DNA of 64,000 nt from an uncultured Acidobacteriota bacterium (GCA_963843755.1 CAWJLS010000002.1:385279-449278), one strand, 5' to 3'; shown: positions 30,583 to 39,525, counted from the first letter of the stretch. Program-made: numbers and translations. The notes: a model not told the origin generated them from the sequence alone.

Positions 30583-32730
30583 CGGTTCCGGGCCACCTGG
30601 AGCAGGCGCTCGGCCGAGCCCGGGTCGCCCAGGAGCCTCATGGCCTGCGCCGCCTCGGCGTAGGCGGTGGGAGTCTGGTTGGTCTCGACGAGCTGGCGCA
30701 GCACCGCGCCGGCCTGCGGGCCCTGGCCCGAGAGGGCGTAGACCACGGCGAGCCGGGTGTAGGCGGCCAGCTCCGCGGGATAGAGCTCGATCTCGTGGCG
30801 GAAGGCGGCGATCGCCTCCTGGGCCTGACCGAGCTGGGCCAGGGACTCTCCCTGGATGTAGTAGAGACCGCGGATGAACTCCTGATCGTAGCCCTCCTTC
30901 TCGACGTCGGCCTCGACCTCGCGGGTGAGGCCGAGCGCCTTCTGGGGCTCACCCCGCTTGAGCAGGAGCTGGGCCTTCGTGATGCGTACCGACGGCTGCT
31001 CGTTGCCGGCGGCGATCGCCTTCTCGACGTAGTCGGCGGCGCTGGTCGAGGTCGCCCTGGCGGATGGCGATCTGCGCCAGCAGGTCGAACGCCTGGTCGT
31101 ACTCCTTGGACGCCACCAGGGCGAGGCGCTTGGCCTCGTCGAGCCGGCCGAGCCGCACCAGGCAGCCGGCCATGGTCAGCGACGCGTAGGGCGAGCCGCC
31201 GGTGAGCTTCATCTGGTGGTCGAAGGCTTTCAGCGCCTCGCGCGGCCGTCCCAGGCGCAGCAGGCTGTTGCCCATGTACTCCCAGGCGTCGACGAGCTGG
31301 GGCTCCTGGTCGAGGATCTGCTGGTAGACGCCGACAGCCTGCTCGTACTGGCCGGCCTCGGCCAGGTCGAGCGCCTTGCCCAGGAGGTTCAGCACCTCGA
31401 GCTTGGTCTTCGGATCGGCCAGGGACTCCTCGCCCCGGTTGCCGACCGAGCCGACGTAGCCGAGCGCCTCGAGCTGCTTGCGCACCTCCGGGTCCTCGGT
31501 CTGGTCCGGCTCCTGGAACGAGCCGTCATACCTCTCGAGGGCGTCGCGGAGCCCGGCGTAGGTTCGGCGCTGTTCCTGGATGATGTTGTGCTCCTCGCCC
31601 GGGTCCTTCTCCAGGTCGTAGAGCTCGCGGTCCGGCCCCTGGATCAGGTGGTACGGGTACTCGATGACCGAGGTGAGCTCGCTCCAGCCGAAGTGGATGC
31701 GGGGGAACTGGGTCTCGCCGTAGATCGGCCGCTGCTGAGCCTCGTCCAGGGTCAGGAGAGACTGGCCCTCGAGCTCCTCCGGCTGGTCGATGCCGAGCAG
31801 CGAGAGCACGGTCGGCACCAGGTCGGTGAGCTGCGCCGGGGCGTCGCTGGTGGTGCCGCCGCGCTGGTTGCCGGGGAGCTTCACCACCAGCGGGACCTGG
31901 AGGACGTCGCGGTAGAGCAGCGGGCCGTGCTCCTGGAAGCCGTGGTCGCCCAGCCCCTCGCCGTGGTCGGAGACGAAGAAGACGAGCGCCTTGTCGTAGA
32001 CCCCGAGGCGCTCGAGCTCGGCGATCAGCCGGCCGATGAGGTCGTCCGCCGAGGCGATCTCGCCGTCGTAGGCGAGGGTGTAGCGCGAGGCGAACGGCTC
32101 CGGCGGGTCCCAGGGGCGGTGCGGCTCGTAGAGGTGGAAAAAGAGGAAGAACGGGGAGCCCTTGACCGACTCGAGCCACGGCTCCACCGCCGCCAGGGTC
32201 TGGTCCCCCTTGCGCTGGGCGCTGCCCATCTTCCACGTCCGCTGGAGGATGTTGTCGTCGTAGAAGTCGAAGTCCGACGACATGCCGGTGGCGGCGCGCA
32301 GGACGAAGGCGGAGACCGCGGCGCCGGTCTTGTAGCCGTGCTGCTTCAGGATGCGCGGCAGCCACGGGTGGTTGGCGGCGTCCAGGTGATACCCGAGGTT
32401 GCCGCGGACGCCGTGGTCGGCCGGGCGCAGGCCGGTCAGCATGGACGAGTGCGAGGGCAGGGTGAGCGGGACGTGGCTGTAGGCGTGGCGGTAGAGGATT
32501 CCGTCCTGCCGTAGGCGGTCGAGGTGCGGCGTCTCGACCTTCTGGTACCCGTACATGGGCAGATGGTCGGAGCGCAGGGTGTCGACCGAGATCAGGATGA
32601 CGGGGGTGCCGGGAGCGGCGTGGATCTCCGGCGCGGCCCCCTTCTCCTCGCCTCCGCAGGAGGCTCCGAGGATCAGGGTGCCCGCCAGCAGAACCAGGCC
32701 GAGACGGTGGGTCCAGGTCGACGTCTTCAT
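30543..32730 (-). pseudogene. AP-superfamily sulfatase-like hydrolase fused to TPR, lipoprotein (paralogue 3), single frame break
   Basis: ORF 30949..32730: MKTSTWTHRLGLVLLAGTLILGASC (lipobox), VILISVDTLRSDHL, VPLTLPSHSSMLTGLRPADHGVRGN, FFLFFHLYEPHRPWDPP, SDHGEGLGDHG, then TPR. After about 31041-31046 the TPR continues in the frame of ORF 30543..30746 (AADYVEKAIAAGNEQ...YALSGQGPQAG...NAPALRETAR). Confidence 0.8.
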
Positions 32731-34979
32731 TCACTGCTCCGTTGCCCCAGCCGTGCCAGGGTGGCCCGGGCCTTGGCGAGGTCCGGGCCGTACTGCGCGG
32801 GGTCGGCGACGGCCACGAACTGCTCGAGCGCCTTGCGCGCCCGCGACGTCTCGCCGGCTTCCGCCGCGACGAGCCCCAGGTTGAAGAGGAGATCCGCGTT
32901 GCGGGGCTGGAGGGCGACGGCCCGGTCCCAGGCGTCGAGGCTGTCGTGGACCTGGCCCAGGTTGTAGAGCGCGACCCCGAGGTAGTTCCACGCTCTCGGC
33001 AACTGGTCGTTGAGCGCGAGGGCCTTGCGGGCCTCCGAGCGCGCGTCCTCCCAGTGCTGTGTGCGCAGGGCGACGAGAGCGAGGTTCTGGTGGGCGACCG
33101 GATTGCGCGGGTCCTGCTTGAACACCTGCTCGAACGCGGCCCGTGCCTCGTCCTGCAAGCCCCCGGTGGTCAGGGCGACGCCCATTGCGTTGAGCGCGTC
33201 GGGATCTCCCGTCGCGGCGAGCGGCTGGAGGACGATGATCGCCTCGCGGGGGTTCCCGAGCTCGGCGAGCAGGAGGCCGAGCTGGCGGTCCGCGGACGCC
33301 GTCGACACGTGCCGGTCGTGGGCGTCCTGGAGGACCTTGAGCGCCTGGCGGTCGAGCCCCTGCTGGAGCAGGACCTGGGCGTAGTAGTTGTAGGCGATCC
33401 CCATGTCCGGCCGCGCCGCGACGATCTTCTCGATGAGGGCGGTCGCTTCCTTCAGCTTGTTGGCCTGGTACAGGTCGATGAAGTGGTGGAAGTCCCGGTC
33501 GATCCCCACCAGGTTCTTCGGGTCGTCGGCCGCGGTGTAGTGGGTCTTGTGGTCGGCGCTGCCGGCGAGGTAGCCGAGGCTCTGGAGCGCGGCGGCCTCC
33601 TTGCCGGAGAGCGCGCCCGCGGGCGGCGGCCACACGGACTCTTTCGGCAGCAGGTCGGCCAGTCGGCGGGCGCGCCGCCGGTCCTTGTCGAACAGGTTGT
33701 TCGTCTCGCCGGGATCGGCCTCGAGGTCGTAGAGCTCGGGAACCGGCAGGGCGATGAGCTTGTAGCCCCCCGCGATGACCCCGCGCAGCGGCGCCCAGCC
33801 ACGGCTCATGTTCGCCGACAGGGCTTCGAAGTACGACGCGCCGGCCTCCGGGCTCTTCGGCGCGGGCCCGAGCAGGCTCCGGCCGGGGAGATCGGCCGGC
33901 ACGGGCAGTCCGGCGGCGTCGAGCACGGTCGGCAGGATGTCGATGTGACGCACCAGCCCGGTCGAGGTGCCGGAGCGCACGTCGGGCCCCCAGAGGACGA
34001 GCGGGATGTGGAGGGTGGCCTCGTAGGTGAAGAGGCTGTGGGTGGTCTCTCCGTGATCGCCCAAGGCCTCGCCGTGATCGCCGGTGAAGACGATCAGGGT
34101 GGCCCCCTCCTTGCCGTCGAGGAACGGCTGGAGCAGGGGAGTGAGGTCGTGATCGACCGCCGCGACTTCGCCCAGGTACGGTTCGGAGGCGTAGCGCGAG
34201 GCGTACGGCTCCGGCGGGGCGTACGGCGCGTGGGGGTCGTAGAGGTGGATCCAGAGGAACCGCTTGCGGTTCCGGTGGGCGTCCCACCAGGCCTTGCCGC
34301 GGGCCACGACCTCGTTGCCCGGCCGTTCCAGCTCGCGGAACTGGTTCTCTTCGGCGCCTTCGCCGTACTGGTCGTCGTAGAGGTCGAATCCCCGGTCGAG
34401 ACCGAAGCGTCCGTCGAGCGGGAACGCGCCGACGACGGCGGCGGTGGCGAAGCCCACGTCGTGGAGCCGGGTCGCCACGGTGGGGACGTCGTCCCGGAGG
34501 ACGAACCCGCCGTTGTCCCGGACGCCGTGCTGGTAGGGGTAGAGACCGGTCAGGATGTTGGTGTGGGACGGCAAGGTCACCACGTTCTGGGCGTGGGCCT
34601 CGGAGAAGACCCGTCCCGCGGCCGCGAACCGGTCGAGGAGAGGCGTCTTGACCCGGTCGTTGCCGGTGAAGCCGAGGGCGTCGGCCCGTAGCGTGTCCAC
34701 CGTGATCAGCAGGACGTTCTCGATCGGCTTTTCGGAGGTCCGGATCGGCTCGTCGGCCTCGCCGGGTGTGGCGGTCCCGGCTGCCGCGGGTCCGGCTTCG
34801 GTGGCGGCGGGTCCGGCTTCGGTGGCCGCGGGTCCGGCTTCGGTGGCCGCGGGCGCTACCTCGGCGGTCGGTCGTCGGCTCTCGGCCGCTCCGTTCGAGC
34901 CGCCATTACAGCTCCACACCGCGGCGCCGGCTGCCAGGAGGCAGCCGGCGAGCAGTGCCTGGAGTGAGGCGCGCGTCAC
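32727..34979 (-). CDS. AP-superfamily sulfatase-like hydrolase fused to TPR, lipoprotein (paralogue 4), intact
   Basis: ORF 32727..34979 (750 aa), GTG start in a GTGA overlap. LLAAGAAVWSC lipobox-like signal, (PAATEAG)x3 linker, NVLLITVDTLRADALGF, VVTLPSHTNILTGLYPYQHGVRDNG, FLWIHLYDPHAPYAPP, TGDHGEALGDHGE, and about 280 aa of C-terminal TPR. Confidence 0.88.
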   Translation of the reverse strand: MTRASLQALLAGCLLAAGAAVWSCNGGSNGAAESRRPTAEVAPAATEAGPAATEAGPAATEAGPAAAGTATPGEADEPIRTSEKPIENVLLITVDTLRADALGFTGNDRVKTPLLDRFAAAGRVFSEAHAQNVVTLPSHTNILTGLYPYQHGVRDNGGFVLRDDVPTVATRLHDVGFATAAVVGAFPLDGRFGLDRGFDLYDDQYGEGAEENQFRELERPGNEVVARGKAWWDAHRNRKRFLWIHLYDPHAPYAPPEPYASRYASEPYLGEVAAVDHDLTPLLQPFLDGKEGATLIVFTGDHGEALGDHGETTHSLFTYEATLHIPLVLWGPDVRSGTSTGLVRHIDILPTVLDAAGLPVPADLPGRSLLGPAPKSPEAGASYFEALSANMSRGWAPLRGVIAGGYKLIALPVPELYDLEADPGETNNLFDKDRRRARRLADLLPKESVWPPPAGALSGKEAAALQSLGYLAGSADHKTHYTAADDPKNLVGIDRDFHHFIDLYQANKLKEATALIEKIVAARPDMGIAYNYYAQVLLQQGLDRQALKVLQDAHDRHVSTASADRQLGLLLAELGNPREAIIVLQPLAATGDPDALNAMGVALTTGGLQDEARAAFEQVFKQDPRNPVAHQNLALVALRTQHWEDARSEARKALALNDQLPRAWNYLGVALYNLGQVHDSLDAWDRAVALQPRNADLLFNLGLVAAEAGETSRARKALEQFVAVADPAQYGPDLAKARATLARLGQRSSE
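34786..34852. repeat. 21-bp tandem repeat x3 (gcgggtccggcttcggtggc[gc])
   Basis: Units at 34786-34806, 34807-34827 and 34828-34848. Encodes (PAATEAG)x3 just after the lipobox of sulfatase-like paralogue 4. Confidence 0.9.
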
Positions 34980-36139
34980 TTCGACGGCGACTCCAGATAC
35001 TTGAGGAACTCCTTGGCGTCCTTGGCGTACTGGCTGTCCGGGGCGAGCTCCAGGAGCTTCTCGAAGTCCGCCTTGGCGTGCTCGTTGTCACCCCCGTTGA
35101 GGTAGACCAGCCCGCGGTAGTAGTAGGCGTCCGCCATCTTCGGATCCTGGCGGATGACGCGCTGGAAGTTCTCCATCGCCATCTTCAGCTTGTCCTGGCT
35201 CCCCTCCTTCGTCGACTCGTTGTAGAACCGGATGCCCTGGTTCAACAGCATGTCGGGCGGCAGCTCCGCCGTCTCGGGGATGCGGTCGAGGTAGGTCTGG
35301 GCCTCCTCCTCCTTGCCCTCGCGGCTCAGCAGGTCCGCGATGAGCTGGAGCGCCTGGATGTTGTCGGGCGACGCGTCGAGGATCCGCTTGACCGACGCGA
35401 TCGCCTGCTCGCGGTTGCCCTCCTGGTCGTAGCTGCGGGCGATGGCGAGGAGCACCTGGGTCTGGCTCTCCGGCGGCAGCCCCGCCAGGCTCTGCTCGTA
35501 GACCTCGCGCGCCTTGGCCGACTCGCCCTGCTGGGCGTACGAGTCACCGAGACGCAGCAGGACGCCGGTCTTCTCGGAGTCCTCGAGGCCGGGAAGCGCC
35601 TTCTCGTACTCGCTGCGCGCCTGCTCGAAGCTCTTCTGGGCGTAGTAGGTGGTACCGATCAGCGCGTGAACCTGCGCCTTCTGGTGGTCGTCCATGTCGG
35701 ACAGGACCGCCTGGAACTTGGTCCGGGCCTCGTCGTACTTGCCCTGGTCGATCAGGTCCTGACCCTGCTGGATGACGTCGAAGGGGTTCTTCTCGAGCTG
35801 GATGACCACCGGCTTCGAAGGGTGGAACTCGTCGACCTTGAAGGTTCCCTCGGAGTCCTTGTATCCCTCGGCCTGGATGACGACTGTCCAGACGCCGCCG
35901 GTCAGGCCCAGGTAGCTCCAGCGGCCCCTCTTGTCGGTCGTGAGCGGTGGGGGGCCGGCATCCGGGCGACCGGGGAGGTGCAGGGTGATCTTGGCGCCCG
36001 CGATGGGGGAGTTGCTCTGGTCGGTGACGCGGCCGTTCGCCCGCCCTCGTCCGACCCAATCCTGTGCGGTCGCCGGCAGGGCCGCGAGCATCAGGACGAG
36101 GGCCGCGAAGAGGGGCGTCTTCCAATTCTTGACGTGCAT
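34976..36139 (-). CDS. exported CarboxypepD_reg - TPR protein
   Basis: In ORF 34976..36211. ATG 36139 is preceded by AAGGAG. Signal MHVKNWKTPLFAALVLMLAALPATAQ. GRVTDQSNSPIAGAKITLHLPG...TDKRGRWSYLGLTGGVWTVVIQAEGY. TPR units to the C-terminus. Confidence 0.85.
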   Translation of the reverse strand: MHVKNWKTPLFAALVLMLAALPATAQDWVGRGRANGRVTDQSNSPIAGAKITLHLPGRPDAGPPPLTTDKRGRWSYLGLTGGVWTVVIQAEGYKDSEGTFKVDEFHPSKPVVIQLEKNPFDVIQQGQDLIDQGKYDEARTKFQAVLSDMDDHQKAQVHALIGTTYYAQKSFEQARSEYEKALPGLEDSEKTGVLLRLGDSYAQQGESAKAREVYEQSLAGLPPESQTQVLLAIARSYDQEGNREQAIASVKRILDASPDNIQALQLIADLLSREGKEEEAQTYLDRIPETAELPPDMLLNQGIRFYNESTKEGSQDKLKMAMENFQRVIRQDPKMADAYYYRGLVYLNGGDNEHAKADFEKLLELAPDSQYAKDAKEFLKYLESPSK

Positions 36140-36261
36140 CGTGCACTCCTTGTGGGGATCGTCAAACAGGACGCCGAACCTCGCGTACGGTCCGGCGCTC
36201 GGGTCCTTCAACCTTCTGGAGGCAGGGATTATGCCGACGGCCGGGCGCAGTCGCGCCCAAA

Positions 36262-36294
36262 GAAAAACCGCCGGGGGGTTGCCCCCCCGGCGGT
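36262..36294 (-). terminator. rho-independent terminator after the TonB-dependent receptor gene
   Basis: Minus strand: accgccgggggg-caa-ccccccggcggt followed by TTTTT (plus-strand A-run 36263-36267), 23 nt after the stop at 36317. Confidence 0.7.
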
Positions 36295-36316
36295 CGAGAC
36301 TACCGAATGTGTCGAC

Positions 36317-39300
36317 CTAGCGCCAGTTCAGGCGGAAGCCGAGACGGTAGATCCGCGGCGACAGCGACTCGGTGACGAAGTTCGCCGTCGGCGCCTGCAG
36401 GCTACGGTCGCGCTGCAGGATGTAGTTCTCGTTGGTCACGTTGAACGCGTCCAGCGAGAGCACGCCGCTGAGGTTGTCGGTGAACGCCATGTCCTTCTCC
36501 ACGCGGAGGTCCAACGTGTAGACGTTGTCCGCGCGGAACTGGTCGACGCTGCTCACCACACCGGCGGCGAGCTGCGAGGCAGCGCGGTTGGTGACCGCCG
36601 TCTGGTAGGTGTACGGCAGCGGGTAGCCCTCGCGAGCGAAGAAGTTGCCCGCGACGTTGAAGCCCCACGGCTTGTCCGGAGCGACCTGGTAGAGGCCGTT
36701 GATGTTGGCCGACCAGGTCGACTGGATCAGGACGTCGGTGAACGGACCGGAGCCACCGGACTGGACGGTGTAGAGCGCGCCGTCCTTGTCCGACAGATCC
36801 TGGGCCTGCGTCGGGTCGTCGAAGCGAAGCGTCTCGGAACCGACGTTCCACTTGGAATCGCCGTACTGGAAGTAGCCGCGAGCCATCCACCGGTTCGCCA
36901 GACGCTTGGTCAGCGTCAGGCCGGCGCCCTTGTACTCGACCGAGGAGTCACCGTTGGTCAGGTACGAGCCACCGGCCGGCGAGAGGCCCGGAGCGAAGGA
37001 GTAGAAGTCCGCCGACCACGGCGTGCCGTCCGGCAGGTTCGGCGCGGTGCAGCCGGCGCCGTTGCCGATCGAGCAGACCGTGTGGTCGAGGACGTAGTCG
37101 TTACGGGTCGCGACCCGCTTGACACCGTTCCCGTCGATGATGAACTCACGGGTCTCGAGCAGGTCGGACGTCTTACGGTAGGTGAGGTCGAGGCCGACGA
37201 CGAACTCAGGCAGGAACGCGTGCTCCACGCTCGCCAGGAGCTCGTCCGTGACGGACGGCTTGAGGTCCGGATCGGTCTCGTTCGGGTTCTCGAGGGCCGT
37301 GGGGTTGGCCGGATCGAAGCCGCCGAAGCCGGCCAGGTCGAAGGGCTCGCCCACGTCGTAGTAGTCGTTGCCGTTCGTGTCGTTGAAAGCGACGGTGATG
37401 TTGGCGTAACCCAGGGGGTTGAGCCGGGTGATGTTACCGGTCTGGAGCTGCTCGGCGAACCGGGAGTAGCTGGCCCGCAGCAGGGTCTTGCGCTCGGCAC
37501 CGAGGGCGTAGGTCACGCCGACGCGCGGCGAGAAGGTATTCCAGGTGAACGGAGCGTCGGCGCCCTGGTAGTTGAGCGTCGGCAGGATGTTCGAGAACAC
37601 CGGGTTCGACTCGACGGTGGCAGCGGCGTTCTTGCCCTCCTGCTTGTCGTAGCGAAGACCGGCGTTGATCGTCCAGCTACCGGTGGTGATGGTGTCCTGC
37701 AGCCAGCCGGCGGTGTACTTCTGGGTCGATTGCGGGCCCGCCGAGCCACGGACCGCGATGGCGAGGTCGTCGCCCACGTAGCCGAAGCTGGTGAGGACGC
37801 CGCACAGGCCCTGGGACTCGCAGGTCAGGTTGGCGATGTTCCGGCCGCCGACCCAACCGAAGGCGGAGACGGCGTCGAACTTCCGGTAAGAGACACCGAA
37901 CTTCAGCTCGTGGTTGAGGTTGCCGGTGTTGAAGAAGTAGGAACCGTCGACCTGGTAGTTGTCGGTGTTCCGGTCGGTGCTACCGCTGTACCAGCCGTTG
38001 TGCCAGATACCGTCGGTGCCTTCCACGGACTCGCCCTGGGCGATCGCGGTCGCCGTGTCGGCGGTCCGGCCGCCGGGGAACTGACCGCCCTTGGACTGCA
38101 GGGCGAAGCCACCGTCGACGTAGGAGTACAGGCCGGTGAGGTAGAGGTCGGCCGAGAACACGTGGGTGTCCTCGATCTTCCAGATCTCGGTCGGGCCGGT
38201 CTGGTTCCAGGAGGCGTCGATGTCGCGGTTGGAAACGGAGGTCCGCCCTTCCTTGATCTTGTCGCCACGGTTCCAGGAACCGACGATCGAGTTGTTCGAC
38301 AGGGGCTGGCCGTTGAACTTCACCGCGCTGTTCTCGAGCACGGTGTTGTCCGGGGAGCCGTCCTGCTTGAACTGCTTGATGTCGTTCTTGCCCCAGGAGC
38401 CCCAGACCCACAGCCGGTCGCGAACGATCGGGCCGCCGGCCTCGAAGCCGAAGTCGTCGATCTCGTTGATGTTGTTGCCAGGCGTGCTGGCAGCCGTCTG
38501 CTGGTTGAAGCCGCCGTTGCCGTCGCCGTTCTCGAGCTCGCCGGCCAGGTCGCTCTTGCCCTGCTTGAAGACGTCGAACTGCTTGGACGCGTCGGTCTTC
38601 AGGAAGCGGGCGGAGCCGCGCGGGTTGTTCGAGCCACGCTTGGTAACCAGGTTGAGGGAGGCGCCGGACGAGATCTTCTCGACGTCGGTGCCGCCGGTGG
38701 AGACCTGAATCTCCTCGAACTGGTCGAAGTCGTAGTAGGTCGGCGACGAACCGATCGCCGCCATGTCGGTGATGACGACACCGTCGACCGCGAAGCTGTT
38801 CTCGTTGTCGGACACGCCAGGAGCGGTGAACACGGCCTGCTGGCCGGAGTTGTTACCGCCGACGTTGATCCGGTCGGAGAGCACGCCCGGGGTCTGGGTG
38901 ACGATCGACCACGGGTCACGGGCCGTCGGGATCTTCTCCAGCTCGATCTGGGAGACCGTCGTGCCGGCGCTGACCTTGCGCTCGTCGAGAAGCGGGCTCT
39001 CGGAGGTCACGGTGATGACCTCTTCCACCGCCGGCGAGAGCTTGATCGCCAGGGTGGTGTTCCGACCGACCCGGATGTTGACGTTCGGGTACTCGACGGT
39101 CGAGAACCCTTCCAGGCTCGCGCTCAGAGCGTAGTTGCCCGGGTCGAGGTTCAGGAAGCGGAACTGCCCCTGAGGACCGGTGAACTGAGTGCGCGGCGCA
39201 CCGATCCCGCTGAGCTCGACGCGGACACCGGGGAGGGCACCGCCCTGGTTGTCCGTGACGGACCCGTAGAGGTTACCGGTCTGCTGCTGAGCGAACAGAC

Positions 39301-39370
39301 TGCCCGTGCTCGCCAGTAGCAGCACCGCGGCGACGACGAGAATGCGTCGCCAATTCGTAAATCGACTCAT
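36317..39370 (-). CDS. Oar-like TonB-dependent receptor / outer-membrane beta-barrel with CarboxypepD_reg N-domain
   Basis: In ORF 36317..39541. ATG 39370 is preceded by GGAGGAG. Signal MSRFTNWRRILVVAAVLLLASTGSLFAQ. GSVTDNQGGALPGVRVEL...FRFLNLDPGNYAL. Plug-like VITVTSESPLLD...IPTARDPWSIVTQTPGV...VDGVVITD. Terminal ...PRIYRLGFRLNWR. Confidence 0.88.
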   Translation of the reverse strand: MSRFTNWRRILVVAAVLLLASTGSLFAQQQTGNLYGSVTDNQGGALPGVRVELSGIGAPRTQFTGPQGQFRFLNLDPGNYALSASLEGFSTVEYPNVNIRVGRNTTLAIKLSPAVEEVITVTSESPLLDERKVSAGTTVSQIELEKIPTARDPWSIVTQTPGVLSDRINVGGNNSGQQAVFTAPGVSDNENSFAVDGVVITDMAAIGSSPTYYDFDQFEEIQVSTGGTDVEKISSGASLNLVTKRGSNNPRGSARFLKTDASKQFDVFKQGKSDLAGELENGDGNGGFNQQTAASTPGNNINEIDDFGFEAGGPIVRDRLWVWGSWGKNDIKQFKQDGSPDNTVLENSAVKFNGQPLSNNSIVGSWNRGDKIKEGRTSVSNRDIDASWNQTGPTEIWKIEDTHVFSADLYLTGLYSYVDGGFALQSKGGQFPGGRTADTATAIAQGESVEGTDGIWHNGWYSGSTDRNTDNYQVDGSYFFNTGNLNHELKFGVSYRKFDAVSAFGWVGGRNIANLTCESQGLCGVLTSFGYVGDDLAIAVRGSAGPQSTQKYTAGWLQDTITTGSWTINAGLRYDKQEGKNAAATVESNPVFSNILPTLNYQGADAPFTWNTFSPRVGVTYALGAERKTLLRASYSRFAEQLQTGNITRLNPLGYANITVAFNDTNGNDYYDVGEPFDLAGFGGFDPANPTALENPNETDPDLKPSVTDELLASVEHAFLPEFVVGLDLTYRKTSDLLETREFIIDGNGVKRVATRNDYVLDHTVCSIGNGAGCTAPNLPDGTPWSADFYSFAPGLSPAGGSYLTNGDSSVEYKGAGLTLTKRLANRWMARGYFQYGDSKWNVGSETLRFDDPTQAQDLSDKDGALYTVQSGGSGPFTDVLIQSTWSANINGLYQVAPDKPWGFNVAGNFFAREGYPLPYTYQTAVTNRAASQLAAGVVSSVDQFRADNVYTLDLRVEKDMAFTDNLSGVLSLDAFNVTNENYILQRDRSLQAPTANFVTESLSPRIYRLGFRLNWR

Positions 39371-39525
39371 TTGTTCTTCTCCTCCTAGCAGGGTTCTGCA
39401 CGTTGCAGAGTTCCGACCGCCCAGGATGGGACGGCCGCCGAAGCGCTTCGCCTGCGCTCCCCGCGGCATCGCGCGGCGCGAAAGCACGGCGAATAGGCTG
39501 AATGAACGTGCCGTGAACGGCTTAG

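Noticed and set aside
9574-34979. Calling the four PF00884-like genes genuine sulfatases, and the block a sulfated-glycan utilisation locus.
   Set aside because: The formylglycine signature C/S-x-P-x-R is replaced by T-L-P-S-H in all four. No FGE/anSME maturase, glycoside hydrolase or sugar importer is present. They are therefore reported as AP-superfamily hydrolase or transferase of unknown specificity.
34766-39319. Very long ORFs antisense to real genes: 1517 aa at 34766..39319 (+), 701 aa at 3399..5504 (+), 1423 aa at 56281..60552 (-), 945 aa at 60924..63761 (-), 503 aa at 39619..41130 (-).
   Set aside because: Their translations are Arg/Gly/Pro/Ala/Val-rich low-complexity strings with no recognisable motifs. 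They mirror strongly supported genes on the other strand (receptor, thrS, tamB, Omp85, transglutaminase-TPR). High G+C suppresses stop codons, so these are shadow ORFs.
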